Shown here one piece after another: positions 48,230 through 60,195 of a DNA stretch of 64,000 nucleotides. The position numbers were made by a program, and so were the translations under genes. The notes under the pieces were generated by a model, which did not search any database, was not told the DNA's origin, and saw only the letters and a list, made by a program, of their open reading frames with translations. Source of the stretch: an uncultured Acidimicrobiales bacterium (lineage in GTDB: Bacteria > Actinomycetota > Acidimicrobiia > Acidimicrobiales > RAAP-2); NCBI GenBank assembly GCA_963814655.1, contig CAWFDU010000005.1:10069-74068 (forward strand), written 5' to 3'. The stretch's first letter is position 1, and each line of letters opens with the position of its first letter.

Positions 48230-49051
48230 TCACGAGGCACGCACCAGGGCGTGCACGGCGCGGTCTGCTCCGGCCGGGACGACCCGGCCGAGGAGCGGCT
48301 CCCGACGGAACCCGTCGCGCTCGATCCACTGTTGTGTCCTGCAGGCCCGGTCGAGGACCGGGATACGTCCGGGACGGCCGTCGGCGACCGTCCCTTCGAC
48401 TTCGGTGCCGGGCGGAGTGCCCGACACGGCGATGAGCCCACGGACCAGCTCGACGGGGCGGACCCCGCGGGGCTGGGTGGAGAGTTCGGCGACCAGGCCC
48501 ACGGTGCGGCCGGTCGGGTCCGCGGCACCGTCCGACCCCTCGTCGCCGACGGCCAGGGCGAGCACGGACGGGCGGAGGTCGTCGATCTCCTCGCGCCCCT
48601 TGCGCTCCCGGGTGATCAGGACGGCCTCCGCCGCCAGCAGGGCGGCGACGTCCCGGGCCAGCCGGTCCCGGCTGGTACCGCTCAGGCGCATGGTCCACGA
48701 GCAGGACGTGACCATCTGCTGGAGCGAGTCCTTGGACCGCTCCACGACCACGGCCTCCTCGATCGCCAGGCCGTCGGGCAGCAGCGCGGTGAGCGTGGCC
48801 GGGAGGCCGGCCACGTCGACGCCGGCGGCGGCCCGGACGGGGTCCAGGGCGACGTCGAGGTACTCGGCCAGCGACTCCGCCCCGGTGGGGAGGGCCAGGC
48901 CGAAGCTGAGCTGGGGTCGCGGGGAGAAGCCCTCGGTATAGGCCAGGGGCAGGCCGGCACGACGCAGCGCGCGCTCCCACATCCGGGCGACGTCCCGCTG
49001 ACTGGTGAACCGTATCCGGCCCAGCTTGGAGAAGCGGAACCTGATGCGCAC
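48230..49051 (-). CDS. Radical-SAM-linked protein (TIGR03936 / DUF2344 type).
   Basis: GTG at 49049-49051 follows GGAGGAG. Sequence VRIRFRFSKLGRIRFTSQRDVARMWERALRRAGLPLAYTEGFSPRPQLSFGLALPTG. It lies 1 nt downstream of the radical SAM gene. Confidence 0.75.
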   Translation of the reverse strand: MRIRFRFSKLGRIRFTSQRDVARMWERALRRAGLPLAYTEGFSPRPQLSFGLALPTGAESLAEYLDVALDPVRAAAGVDVAGLPATLTALLPDGLAIEEAVVVERSKDSLQQMVTSCSWTMRLSGTSRDRLARDVAALLAAEAVLITRERKGREEIDDLRPSVLALAVGDEGSDGAADPTGRTVGLVAELSTQPRGVRPVELVRGLIAVSGTPPGTEVEGTVADGRPGRIPVLDRACRTQQWIERDGFRREPLLGRVVPAGADRAVHALVRAS

Positions 49052-49052
49052 G

Positions 49053-51085
49053 TCAGCTCCTCCCCTCGGTCGCCAGCGCCACCGCGCTCCCACCCGGACC
49101 CGTGGCCGGTGCGGCGCCGGACGGCGCCGTGGACAGGAATCGTACCGGCACCTGGCCACCGGAAGAGAGATCCTGCCCGGTCCCCTGACTACCGCCCGCC
49201 GGTGGCACCGCCGAGGCCACCACGTGCTCCACGCCGTAGCCGGTGCAGGCGCCGCAGTCGTAGCAGGGGGTCCACCGGCAGTCGGGCAGCCCGTGCTCGG
49301 CCAGGGCGTCCTGCCAGTCCTGCCACAGGAAGTCGCGGTGGAGGCCGGCCGAGACGTGGTCCCAGGGGAGCACCTCGTCCTCGGTCCGGTGCCGGTAGAC
49401 CGACTCCTCGAGGGACAGTCCGTGGGCGGCCAGCGCGTCGGTCCACAGGTCGAGGTCGAAGTACTCCGACCATTCCTGGAAGGTCCCCCCGTTCCGCCAC
49501 ACCTGCTCGATGACCGCCCCCATGCGGCGGTCGCCACGGCTGACGATGCCCTCGGCCGCCGTGGCCTTCGGGTCGTGCCACCGGACGGTGAGGCCGCGGA
49601 CCGGCCGGGCGGCGTCGCGCAGCAGGTGGACCTTCCGGGTGAGCTCCTCGATCGTGTTCTGGCCGAACCACTGGAACGGCGTCTGGACCTTGGGCACGAA
49701 GCCGCCCACCGAGGCGGTCACGGTCACCGACGGGTGGTAGCGCTTGCCGATGGCCACGCACTGCTTGGCCAGGGCCACGATGCCGAGGGTGTCCTCGTCG
49801 GTCTCGGTGGGCAGCCCGATGAGGAAGTAGAGCTTGACCCGCTTCCAGCCCTGGCTGAACGCGGCGTCGACGGCGGCGTACAGGTCCTCCTCGCGGATGA
49901 GCTTGTTGATGACCTGGCGCATCCGCCAGGTGCCGCCCTCGGGGGCGAAGGTCAGTCCGGTGCGCCGGACTCGCTGGATCTGGGCGGCCGTCCCGACCGT
50001 GAAGGCGTCCACCCGGAGGCTCGGGAGGCTGACCGACACCTGGCCCGAGCAGGACGGGTCGTCGATGATCCCCCCCACCGTCTCCTCGATCCCCGAGTAG
50101 TCGGCGCTGGACAGCGAGGTGAGGGCGACCTCGTCGTAGCCGGTCCGCTCCAGGCCGGCGCGCACCATCGTCCGCACCTGGTCGGCCGGGCGCTCGCGCA
50201 CCGGCCGGGTGATCATGCCCGCCTGGCAGAACCGGCATCCCCGGGTGCAGCCCCGGAAGAGCTCGACGTTGAGCCTGTCGTGGACGACCTCGATGAGCGG
50301 CACGAGCTGGTTCCGCGGGTAGGGCCAGTCGCCGAGGTCGCCGATGGTGCGCTTCTCCACCCGGTCCGGCGTGTCCGCGAACCGGGGGGTGACGGCGGCC
50401 TGCCGGCCGGTGACGTCGTCGTAGGAGACGTCGTAGCAGGCGGCGCGTAGACCCCCGGGACACGCGAGAGGGCCCGCAGCAGGTCCCCGCGGTCGTGTCC
50501 GGTCGCACGCGCGGGGCCCGCCCGGAAGGCGGCCAGGACGTCGTTGAGCTCGCCCACCACCTCCTCGCCGTCGCCCAGGACGAAGCAGTCCACGAAGTCG
50601 GCGAGCGGCTCGGGGTTGAACACGCAGTGCCCCCCGGCGATGACGACCGGGTCGTCGGCCGTGCGGAGCGCGGCCCGGACGGGCACGCCGGCGAGGTCGA
50701 TGAGGTTGAGGACGTTGGTGTACACCAGCTCGGCCGACAGGTTGAAGGCGAGGACGTCGAACGCCCGGGCGGGCGCGTGGTTCTCGACGGAGAACAGCGG
50801 GACGCCGGCCGACCGCATGGCCGCCTCCATGTCCACCCAGGGTGCGTAGGACCGCTCGGCCACGGCGTCGCCCCGCTCGTTGAGGAGCTCGTAGAGGATC
50901 TGGAGGCCCTGGTTGGGGAGTCCGACCTCGTAGGTGTCGGGGTAGACGAGCAGCCACGACACCGCGTCGGGGCGGTGCTCCACCTGCTGGGCGCCGAGCT
51001 CGCCCCCGATGTACCGGGCCGGCTTGGTGACGTGGGCGAGGAGCGGCTCGATCCGTGGCCAGAGGGACTCCATCTCCCCCTCCAT
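49053..51085 (-). CDS. B12-binding-domain radical SAM protein (TIGR03960 type), with a frame break near 50442.
   Basis: The N-terminal part (50443-51085 frame) contains KPARYIGGELG...LLVYPDTYEVGLPNQGLQILY...VIAGGHCVFNPEP. The rest is in another frame and carries the CxxxCxxC cluster in FRGCTRGCRFCQAGMITRP. The junction is ...SRVPGVYAP/ACYDVSYDD. Confidence 0.8.
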
Positions 51086-51172
51086 CCTAGGGGCACCGGG
51101 GACCCGTCCCGGACACGGCGTCCGGTCGGGTCCGGGGGGCGTGGCCGGGGCCGGGCGGCGTCCCGTGGCTCC

Positions 51173-53383
51173 TCAGCCGGGTCGGGTCGTGGTGGTCGTC
51201 GTCGTGGTGGCACCGTCGGCCGGGGTGCTGGGGAGCGCCACCGGGGTCGAGCTGCGCGACGCCGAGGCCGGCGGCGGCACCGCCACCGGGGAGACCGGAT
51301 GGGCGGCCAGGTATGCGTAGAGGTCCCGGACCACCGGCGCGGCGGCCGTGGCGCCGTAGCCGGCCTGGTCGATCACGCAGACCACGACGTACTGGGGGTC
51401 CGCCACCGGACCGAATCCGACGAACCAGGCCGTCGGCTCCTTGCCGGCCACGGTGTCGGCCGTTCCCGTCTTGCCGGCGAGCCCGCCGGGGAAGTTCAGG
51501 CCCCGGAACGTGCCGTAGGCCGTACCGTCGGGGCTCTGGACGGCCCCGGTGAACCCGGTCAGCAGCGCCTGGTACGTCGAGGGCGAGAGCGCCACGTGCC
51601 CGGTGACCTGCGGGGTGAACCGCTTGACCACCTGGCCCGACGGGCTGACCACGGCCGCGGCCACCTGCGGGGCGTAGCGGGTGCCGCCGTTGGCGAACGT
51701 GGCGTAGGCCACGGCCTGCTCGATGGGCGTGATGTACGTCCCGGCCTGGCCGAACGCCATCTCGATGTTGTCCCCGGTGTACCAGGTGGTGTTGGGGAAC
51801 GCCTTGGGGGCCTCGGCGTGGAGCTTCTGCCGCACGGCCTGGCTGTCGACCCGGCCCTGGGCCTCACCGGGGAGGTCGATGCCGGTCAGCTCGCCCAGGC
51901 TGTACTGGGCGGCCTGGTCCTGGATGGGGGTCGGACCGTACTTGGACTGCTGGGCGTAGAACAGGTAGCCGAGGTTGTAGAAGAAGTCGTCGCTCGACAC
52001 CGTCAGGGCCGAGGACACGTCGTAGTCGCCCGTGGGATCGCCCGTGGAGTTGTGGAAGATGCAGGTGGTGCTGTTGTACTGGCAGCCCGGTGTCTTGAAG
52101 GTGCCGCTGTCGTAGTAGGTGAACTCCGGCGTGATCAGGCCGGTCTGGAGGGCGGCGGTCGCCGTGTTCAGCTTGAACGTGGATCCCGGCGTGTAGAGAC
52201 CGTCGATCGCCCGGTTGAGCAGGGGTTCGTTGTTGGCCGGGTCGGACAGCGCCGCATAGTCCTGGGTCGAGATGCCGCCCACCCACACCGACGGGTCGTA
52301 GCTCGGATACGACGACATGGCGTAGACGGCGCCGGTCTGCGGGCTCATGACCACGACGGCCCCGCCGGTCGCCGCCGGGTAGCACCCGGAATTGTCGTTG
52401 CACTGCGGGTCGTACGTCCTGCGCAGCGAGGCGATCTGGGTGGCCAGCGCGTTGTCGGCCACCTGCTGGAGGTTGGTGTCGAGGTTGGTGACGATGTCGT
52501 CGCCCGGCGTCGGCGGGGTCGACTTCAGCACGCCCGCCACCTGGCCCTGCGGGTCGACCTCGAGCTGCTGGCTGCCGGGTACGCCGTGGAGCTCGCTCTC
52601 GTACTGGTACTCGAGCCCGGACTGGCCGAAGGCGTCGCCGGCCAGATAGCCCTGGGACTTCCGCGACTGGAGCTCCGCGGTGTTGATGGTCCCGACGTAG
52701 CCGAGCACCTGGGCCGCCGGGTAGGTGCCCTGGGCGGGGCCGGGCAGTTCGGTCTGGGGATAGTTGCGCTCGGTCGTCTGCACCGTGGCCACCCCGGGGA
52801 ATTCCGACTGGTGCTCCTTGATGTAGACGACGTCGGACAGCGGCGCGTCGCTCAGGATCGGGACCGGCTTGTACAGGCTGAACTGCTGGTTGTCGAGCGC
52901 CGCCTGGACCTGGGCCGGCGTCTGCCCCACGACCGCCGCCAGCCGGCCGACCACCGTCGGGTCCTGCTGGGCCACGACCCGGGACAGGGTGATCTCCTCG
53001 GTCACCACGTTGTCGACCAGTGGATTGCCGTTGCGGTCGAGGATCAGGCCCCGGGTGGGGGTGACCGGCACCACGCGGATCTGGTTGGCCACCACCGCCT
53101 GGGCGGCGGCCGGCGCCTGGAGCACCTGGAGGGCCCACAGGCGCAGTCCCAGCACCCCGAACAGTCCGACGACGGCGATCCCGACGACGCGGAGCCGCAG
53201 GCCGGGTCGGGCCTCGGTGGTGTCGGGCGCCTCGAGGAACGACTCGACCGAGAACCGGCTCTGGCGCAGGCGCGGCTGGCGGGCCTTGGCCCGGGTCGGC
53301 TTCGAGCCGGCGGGCGATCCGAAGATGCCCCTTCCGCCGAAGGGGTGGCGCAGGGAGCGGCTCACGGGCGCCCAGTATCCCAA
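51173..53383 (-). CDS. mrdA: Penicillin-binding protein 2 (elongasome transpeptidase).
   Basis: N-terminal TM segment. Active-site motifs STFK (PGSTFKL) and KTGT (GKTGTA). Position is after mreD. The start is TTG at 53383 or GTG at 53365. It has a Thr-rich C-terminal tail. Confidence 0.9.
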   Translation of the reverse strand: MGYWAPVSRSLRHPFGGRGIFGSPAGSKPTRAKARQPRLRQSRFSVESFLEAPDTTEARPGLRLRVVGIAVVGLFGVLGLRLWALQVLQAPAAAQAVVANQIRVVPVTPTRGLILDRNGNPLVDNVVTEEITLSRVVAQQDPTVVGRLAAVVGQTPAQVQAALDNQQFSLYKPVPILSDAPLSDVVYIKEHQSEFPGVATVQTTERNYPQTELPGPAQGTYPAAQVLGYVGTINTAELQSRKSQGYLAGDAFGQSGLEYQYESELHGVPGSQQLEVDPQGQVAGVLKSTPPTPGDDIVTNLDTNLQQVADNALATQIASLRRTYDPQCNDNSGCYPAATGGAVVVMSPQTGAVYAMSSYPSYDPSVWVGGISTQDYAALSDPANNEPLLNRAIDGLYTPGSTFKLNTATAALQTGLITPEFTYYDSGTFKTPGCQYNSTTCIFHNSTGDPTGDYDVSSALTVSSDDFFYNLGYLFYAQQSKYGPTPIQDQAAQYSLGELTGIDLPGEAQGRVDSQAVRQKLHAEAPKAFPNTTWYTGDNIEMAFGQAGTYITPIEQAVAYATFANGGTRYAPQVAAAVVSPSGQVVKRFTPQVTGHVALSPSTYQALLTGFTGAVQSPDGTAYGTFRGLNFPGGLAGKTGTADTVAGKEPTAWFVGFGPVADPQYVVVCVIDQAGYGATAAAPVVRDLYAYLAAHPVSPVAVPPPASASRSSTPVALPSTPADGATTTTTTTTRPG

Positions 53384-53411
53384 GCGGGCCGCCGTGGCGG
53401 TACGCGGGCGC

Positions 53412-53948
53412 TCACCGCGCCGTGCCCACCCCGACGTCGGAGCTGGGCATCCCCTCGGTCGACGACTGGGCCATCCCCCACGACATGGCCTTCATGGCCG
53501 GCCAGGCCAGGACGGCGTTGGTCACCGACACCACCACGACGATCCGGGCCAGGGCCACGTGCAGCATCTGGGGCTGGCCCAGCACGGATCCCAGGGCACC
53601 GTAGGTGACCTCGTAGAGGGCGCTGGCCCCGAGGGCGACCACCGGCGCCAGCCACCAGGCCGTACGGTCGAGCGCCACCGTCGCCAGGCCGACGGCGAAC
53701 CCCAGCAGGCATCCCACCAGGGCCGACAGCCCGAACGGGGTGGGGAGGAACAGGTCGGACACGAGTCCGGTGCCGAAGCCGATGGTCGCCCCCCGGGCGG
53801 GGCCGCCGATGATCCCGGCGACGATGGGGAGCAGCACCATGACGTCGGGGTGGACGCCACCGATGCGCAGGTCGAGCATCACGGTCTCCTGGACGACCAC
53901 GAACCCGAGGACGACCAGGGTCAGGCGGGCGGCGTCACGCGCCGTCAT
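53412..53948 (-). CDS. mreD: Rod shape-determining protein MreD.
   Basis: Polytopic membrane protein. ATG at 53946-53948 overlaps the mreC stop (ATGA). Position is mreC-mreD-pbp2. Confidence 0.75.
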   Translation of the reverse strand: MTARDAARLTLVVLGFVVVQETVMLDLRIGGVHPDVMVLLPIVAGIIGGPARGATIGFGTGLVSDLFLPTPFGLSALVGCLLGFAVGLATVALDRTAWWLAPVVALGASALYEVTYGALGSVLGQPQMLHVALARIVVVVSVTNAVLAWPAMKAMSWGMAQSSTEGMPSSDVGVGTAR

Positions 53949-54784
53949 GCGCTCGGGCCCCACAGGACGACCGAGACGTAGCGCAGATGGGTGAGATCGG
54001 CGATGGGCTGCAGCGACACGGACTCCTGGGAGGCGGTGTCGCCGGTGTGGGTGGCCAGGACGCGTGCCACGGGGATCCCGGGCGGGTAGAGCGCGCCCTG
54101 CAGCCCGCTGGTGGTGAAGACGGCGCCGGTGGACAGCGGCGTGTTGGACGGGACCAGGTCGGCGCTCAGCGGTCGCCCGGCACCGGTGCCGTTCAGGACG
54201 GCGAGCGACCCCGGCGCCGGCCCGTAGACGGTCCCGACGGCGGACTGCCCGTCGGTGATCAGCCGGACCGTGGCCGTGTGGTGGCCGACCTCCACGACCA
54301 GGCCGACCAGTCCGCCGAGACCCACCACCGGCATGTCCAGCTGGACGCCGTCGCTCCGGCCGACGTCGATGTCGATGGTGGCGGCGAAGTCGCTGGTGCC
54401 GAAGTCGGTGACCTCGGCCGGCACCGTCTGCAGATTGCCGAGGTAGGGGAGGTTCAGCAGCGCCGACAGCTGCTTGAGGGCCTCGGACTGCTGGGCCTGG
54501 GACGCCTGCTCCATCCTGAGCTGGTCGATCTCGGCCTGGAGCTTCTGGTTCTGCTCACGTACGGCCCCGTAGTGCACGGAGCCGGCCAGGAAGCTCCCGA
54601 TCGGTTCGACCACGGCGTCGACCCCCGAGCGGATGGGCGAGAACGCGTCGGACGCCGCCGAGCGGGCGCCGGAGGTCACCTCGTGCAGTCCTCCGCGGGC
54701 GTCCAGCGTGATGATGGTGACGGCGGCGAGGACCAGGATCAGGAGGGTCGTCCGGGGGCGGCGGGAGCGCCGCGGCATCGCCAC
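53945..54784 (-). CDS. mreC: Rod shape-determining protein MreC.
   Basis: N-terminal anchor RPRTTLLILVLAAVTIITL, coiled coil (QNQKLQAEIDQLRMEQ), and the beta-domain with GLVGLVVEV...ATVRLITD. Confidence 0.85.
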   Translation of the reverse strand: MAMPRRSRRPRTTLLILVLAAVTIITLDARGGLHEVTSGARSAASDAFSPIRSGVDAVVEPIGSFLAGSVHYGAVREQNQKLQAEIDQLRMEQASQAQQSEALKQLSALLNLPYLGNLQTVPAEVTDFGTSDFAATIDIDVGRSDGVQLDMPVVGLGGLVGLVVEVGHHTATVRLITDGQSAVGTVYGPAPGSLAVLNGTGAGRPLSADLVPSNTPLSTGAVFTTSGLQGALYPPGIPVARVLATHTGDTASQESVSLQPIADLTHLRYVSVVLWGPSA

Positions 54785-54806
54785 GAGAGTACGGCCGCCC
54801 CGGCGG

Positions 54807-55838
54807 TCAGCGGGCCGACGAGGTGATGAGGACCTGCTTCAGCGCCTCGAACTCCTCCAAGCACTGACCGCTGCCGATCGCCACGCAGTTCAGCGGGTCA
54901 CGGGCCACCACGATGGGCATGCCCGTCTCCTGGGTGAGGCGGCTCTCGAGGCCGTGCAGGAGGGCGCCGCCACCGGTCAGGACGATGCCCTGCTCCATGA
55001 TGTCGGCGGCCAGCTCCGGCGGGGTGCGGTCGAGGGTGACCTTGACGGCGTCGACGATGGCCGACACGGGCTCGTCGATCGCCTGGCGGATCTCCTGGGT
55101 GGAGATCACCACGGTCTTGGGGAGTCCGGTGACCAGGTCGCGGCCACGGATCTCGGCGTGCAGCTCCTCCTCGAGCTCGTACGCCGAACCCAGGGCGATC
55201 TTGATCTCCTCCGCCGTCCGCTCGCCGAGGGCAAGGCTGTACTCCTTCTTGACGAAGGAGACGATGGCCTCGTCCAGCTCGTCGCCGCCGATGCGGATCG
55301 ACTGGCTGGTGACGATGCCACCGAGGGAGATGACCGCGACCTCGGTCGTCCCACCCCCGATGTCCACCACCATGTTGCCGGTCGGCTCGTGCACCGGCAG
55401 GCCGGCGCCGATGGCCGCGGCCATGGGCTCCTCGATGATGTACGCCTTCCGGGCGCCGGCGTACTCCGCGGCCTCCATGACGGCGCGCTGCTCGACGCCG
55501 GTGATGCCCGACGGGACGCAGATCACCATCCGCGGCTTGGCGAACCGCCGCTGGTGCACCCGGTGGATGAAGTAGCGGAGCATCTTCTCGCAGATCTCGA
55601 AGTCGGCGATGACACCGTCCTTCAGCGGACGGATGGCCTGGATGTGGCTGGGCGTGCGGCCGATCATGCGCTTGGCCTCGGCGCCGACGGCCAGCGGCCT
55701 GCCGTCCTTGGTGTTGACCGCCACGACCGACGGCTCGTTCAGCACGATGCCGCGGCCGCGCACGTACACCAGGGTGTTGGCGGTGCCGAGATCGACGGCC
55801 ATGTCGCGTCCCAGCAGGGAGAAACTGTTGTCGCGCAT
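54807..55838 (-). CDS. mreB: Rod shape-determining protein MreB (actin-like).
   Basis: ATG follows AGAGGAG. Contains [48 protein letters not shown] and [11 protein letters not shown]. Confidence 0.97.
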   Translation of the reverse strand: MRDNSFSLLGRDMAVDLGTANTLVYVRGRGIVLNEPSVVAVNTKDGRPLAVGAEAKRMIGRTPSHIQAIRPLKDGVIADFEICEKMLRYFIHRVHQRRFAKPRMVICVPSGITGVEQRAVMEAAEYAGARKAYIIEEPMAAAIGAGLPVHEPTGNMVVDIGGGTTEVAVISLGGIVTSQSIRIGGDELDEAIVSFVKKEYSLALGERTAEEIKIALGSAYELEEELHAEIRGRDLVTGLPKTVVISTQEIRQAIDEPVSAIVDAVKVTLDRTPPELAADIMEQGIVLTGGGALLHGLESRLTQETGMPIVVARDPLNCVAIGSGQCLEEFEALKQVLITSSAR

Positions 55839-56079
55839 CAGAGATGCACTCCTCTGTCGATCATCGGCCTGGTGGACGCGGGCGCGCGTGACCAGGCCGG
55901 GCTTCCGCTGCGCAGGCAGGTCGTGGCAGCTGGCATGTGCCCCTCAGGCTACGGGATGCGGCAGGAGGGCACAAGGGCGGCACGGGGCGTGCCGAGGCGT
56001 GCCCCGGCCGCACCCCGGGCCAGGGAGGACGTCCGGCCACCGGTGGGTCGAGCGGGCAGGCGGCCCGCCCTGCGGCGTC

Positions 56080-56487
56080 CTACAGGTCGGGGAAGAAGAG
56101 GGCGATCTCCCGCTCCGCCGACTCGTCCGAGTCCGACCCGTGGACGAGGTTCTCCCCCATCTCGATGGCCAGATCGCCCCGGATGGTCCCGGGGGCGGCG
56201 TCGACCGGGTTGGTGGCACCCATGAGGTTGCGGACCACCCTGAAGGTGTCGTCGGGTCCCTCGACGACCATCACCAGCACCGGCGACCGGGTGATGAAGG
56301 TCACCAGCTCGTCGAAGAACGGCTTGCCGTCGTGCTCCGCGTAGTGCGCGGCGGCGGTCTCGGCGGTGATCGTCCGGAGCTCGGCCGCAACCAGGCGCAG
56401 CCCCTTGCGCTCGATGCGTCCGAGGATCTCGCCGGACAGACCGCGTTCGACGGCGTCGGGCTTGGCGATGACAAGAGTTCGTCCCAC
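56080..56487 (-). CDS. ndk: Nucleoside-diphosphate kinase.
   Basis: Sequence [16 protein letters not shown]...[10 protein letters not shown]...GATNP...TIRGD...NLVHGSDS. Confidence 0.97.
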   Translation of the reverse strand: MGRTLVIAKPDAVERGLSGEILGRIERKGLRLVAAELRTITAETAAAHYAEHDGKPFFDELVTFITRSPVLVMVVEGPDDTFRVVRNLMGATNPVDAAPGTIRGDLAIEMGENLVHGSDSDESAEREIALFFPDL

Positions 56488-56624
56488 GAGCGGAGCAGGC
56501 TAGCCGACTTCCGCGGGGTGTCGGCGCGCCGGCGCCGGGCCACCGCCGGCACCCGTCGACCGGCCGGGACGGTCCCCACGGCACCACCACGGCTCCCGAC
56601 GCGATCCGGGCGTACGATGGGGAC

Positions 56625-56831
56625 GTGGTCCGTTGGATCGACACCCACCGGGTCGTCTTCGTGGCCCTCGTCGGGGCCGCCACGTGGGTGCTGACCGTCC
56701 TCATCCGGGCCGTCGGGCTCCATCCGGCGTGGCTGGCGGCGACGGTGGCCACCGTGGCGGCGGGATCGGCGGCGTCCGCCCTGCCCTTCGTGCCCCGGGT
56801 GGGCGCCCGGCTCCGACGCCGACCCGGGTGA
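56625..56831 (+). CDS. Possible small membrane protein (68 aa).
   Basis: Two hydrophobic stretches (VVFVALVGAATWVLTVLI and WLAATVATVAAGSAASAL). No homology recognised, and this could be a chance ORF in GC-rich DNA. Confidence 0.3.
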   Translation: MVRWIDTHRVVFVALVGAATWVLTVLIRAVGLHPAWLAATVATVAAGSAASALPFVPRVGARLRRRPG

Positions 56832-56938
56832 GGGTTCCCGCCGGCGACGCCGACGGCCACCTGTAACGCTGACGGCACCGGCCCGTTGGCCTGAGGGGCA
56901 GGGTCGACCTGGCAATCACGCGTTCCCTGGAGGTTCCC

Positions 56939-57370
56939 ATGCGCACCAAGCTCACCGTCGGTGGAGTCGGACTCGCCTGCTCCGCACTGGCACTCGTGGT
57001 GACCGGCACCTTCGCCGCCGCCGCACCCGCAGCCCCACCGGTCACCAAGTCGGTGAAACTGACCTACGCCTCCAACGGCACGACGGTCCTCGCCACCAAG
57101 GGCGAGCGGGTGGTGGTCGTGCTGTCCACCCGCCACACGAGCTGGTCGGTCGCCACCGTCACCCAGTCGACCCCGGTGCTCACCCTGGTGTCCGAGGGAC
57201 GGACGTCGACCGGGGCGTCGAGGACCGTGTTCCGGGTCACCGGGTACGGCACGGCCGGGCTCGACGCCGTCGGCACGCCGATCTGCCCGACCCCGGGCGG
57301 ATGTCCCCAGTACGTGCTCGGGTGGCACGCCGACGTGGTCGTCCCCGTGGTGGACCCGCCCGGCGCCTGA
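56939..57370 (+). CDS. Small secreted protein (143 aa), beta-rich, unknown function.
   Basis: ATG with signal peptide MRTKLTVGGVGLACSALALVVTGTFAAAAPA, and two Cys residues near the C-terminus. The overall pattern vaguely resembles small secreted inhibitor/immunoglobulin-like folds, with no diagnostic motif. Confidence 0.5.
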   Translation: MRTKLTVGGVGLACSALALVVTGTFAAAAPAAPPVTKSVKLTYASNGTTVLATKGERVVVVLSTRHTSWSVATVTQSTPVLTLVSEGRTSTGASRTVFRVTGYGTAGLDAVGTPICPTPGGCPQYVLGWHADVVVPVVDPPGA

Positions 57371-57404
57371 CCCCGACGGGCCGCGGTCCGGCCGGCGCCC
57401 ACCC

Positions 57405-57435
57405 CGGTCGGTCGGGAGGGGGGGGACACCGACCG
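57405..57435. terminator. Hairpin between the convergent secreted-protein gene and folC.
   Basis: CGGTCGGT (57405-57412) pairs with ACCGACCG (57428-57435). The loop contains a G8 run (57418-57425). Confidence 0.35.
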
Positions 57436-57533
57436 CGGTGGCTGACGACGGGGTCCGCTCCTGACCGGCCCCGCCACGGCCGTCGTGGTGCAGCGGCGGC
57501 CGGCACGGCTTCCGTCGCCTGGGCCGGTCGGCC

Positions 57534-58869
57534 TCAGACGTCCCGGGGAGCATGGCGTCCCGGGCGTCGGCGACCACGTAGAGCGACCCGCACACGACGA
57601 CCCGGTCGTCGGGCGCCGACCGCTCGACGGCCAGACGGAGCGCCTCCGCCGGCGTTGCGGCCAGGGCCACCTCCATCCCGAGGGCCGCCGCCGCCGTGGC
57701 CACGTCCCCCGCCGGCATGCGCCCGGGGACTGTCCGGTGCGCACGCGACCACCGAACGCACCCCGGCGGACACCAGTGCGCCGAGCATTGCCGTCGGGTC
57801 CCGCCCCGTGAGCATGCCGACCACGGCGATGGTCTGCCCGTCGGTCGTGAACTCCTCGGACAGCGAGCGGGCCAGGACCATCATGCCGGCGGCGTTGTGC
57901 GCGCCGTCCACCAGCACCAGGGGGTGGCGGCCGATGACCTCCAGACGTCCCGGCACCCGCACGGCGGCCAGGCCCTCCTCGACGACGTCCTCGTGCAGCG
58001 GGTCCCGAAGAACGCCTCGGCAGCCGCCAGCGCGCAGGCCGCGTTGTCCCCCTGATGGCTGCCGTGCAGCGGCACCAGCAGCTCGCCGTACGGCGGCCCC
58101 GGGCGTGCGGAGGTCGACCAGCCGGCCACCGACGGCCAGCCGGTTCGAGGTGCAGGCGAAGTCGATGCCGCGGGCCCAGAACTCCTCGCACCCGGCGGCG
58201 TCCGCGGTCCAGCGGAAGAGGGCGACCAGCGTCGGGTCGGTCTCCCCCACCACGGCCCGGCAACCGGCCTTGAAGATGCCCGCCTTGTCCCGGGCGATGT
58301 CCTCGAGCGTCGGGCCCAGCACCTCGGTGTGGTCGTAGCTGATGTTGGTCACCACCGCCACGGCGGCGTGCGACGATGTTGGTGCAGTCCCACGTGCCGC
58401 CGAGCCCGACCTCGACCACGGCGACGTCGACGGCCTCGTCGGCGAACCAGGTGAGCGCGGCGGCGGTCAGCAGCTCGAACCGGGTGGGCGGCTCGTCCAT
58501 CAGCGACTCGATGCGGGCAGCGTGTCGAGGAGATCGGTGAACGACTCGTCGTCGATCGGGCTGGCCGTTGCGGGCGAGCCGCTCGTTGACCCGGGACAGG
58601 TTCGGGACTGGTGTACGTCCCGACGCTCGAGCCCCATGGGCGGCGAGCAGCGACGTGCACCATCGCCGCCGTCGAGCCCTTGCCGTTCGTCCCGGTGATG
58701 TGGATGACCGGATAGGCGGTGTGGGGGTCGCCGAGGAGCGAGGCCAGGGAGCGCATGCGGTCCAGCGAGGGGAGGGTCCGACGCGTGCGGCATGCTCGAC
58801 TCGAAGTCGATGTGGCTGTCGAGCCAGGCGAGCGCCTCGGGCAGGTCGGCGAAGGTCACGGGGGCGCAG
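57534..58869 (-). pseudogene. folC: Dihydrofolate synthase / folylpolyglutamate synthase, broken by about 11 frame changes as sequenced.
   Basis: All expected FolC blocks are present but scattered over the three frames. In order they are: VTFADLPEALAWLDSHIDFE; LPSLDRMRSLASLLGDPHTAYPVIHITGTNGKGSTAAMV; SLLAAHG; SVGTYTSP; NLSRVNERLARNGQP; IDDESFTDLLDTL; ARIESLMDEPPTRFELLTAAALTWFADEAVDVAVVEVGLGGTWDCTNIV; AVAVVTNISYDHTEVLGPTLEDIARDKAGIFK...; PPYGELLVPLHGSHQGDNAACALAAAEAFFG; PLHEDVVEEGLAAVRVPGRLEVIGRHPLVLVDGAHNAAG...; MPAGDVATAAAALG...VVVCGSLYVVADARDA. Confidence 0.85.
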
Positions 58870-58914
58870 ATCGGGGCGGAGCGCCACGGTGCCCGGAGCG
58901 ATCGCAGCGGGTCC

Positions 58915-60195
<1,281 letters not shown>

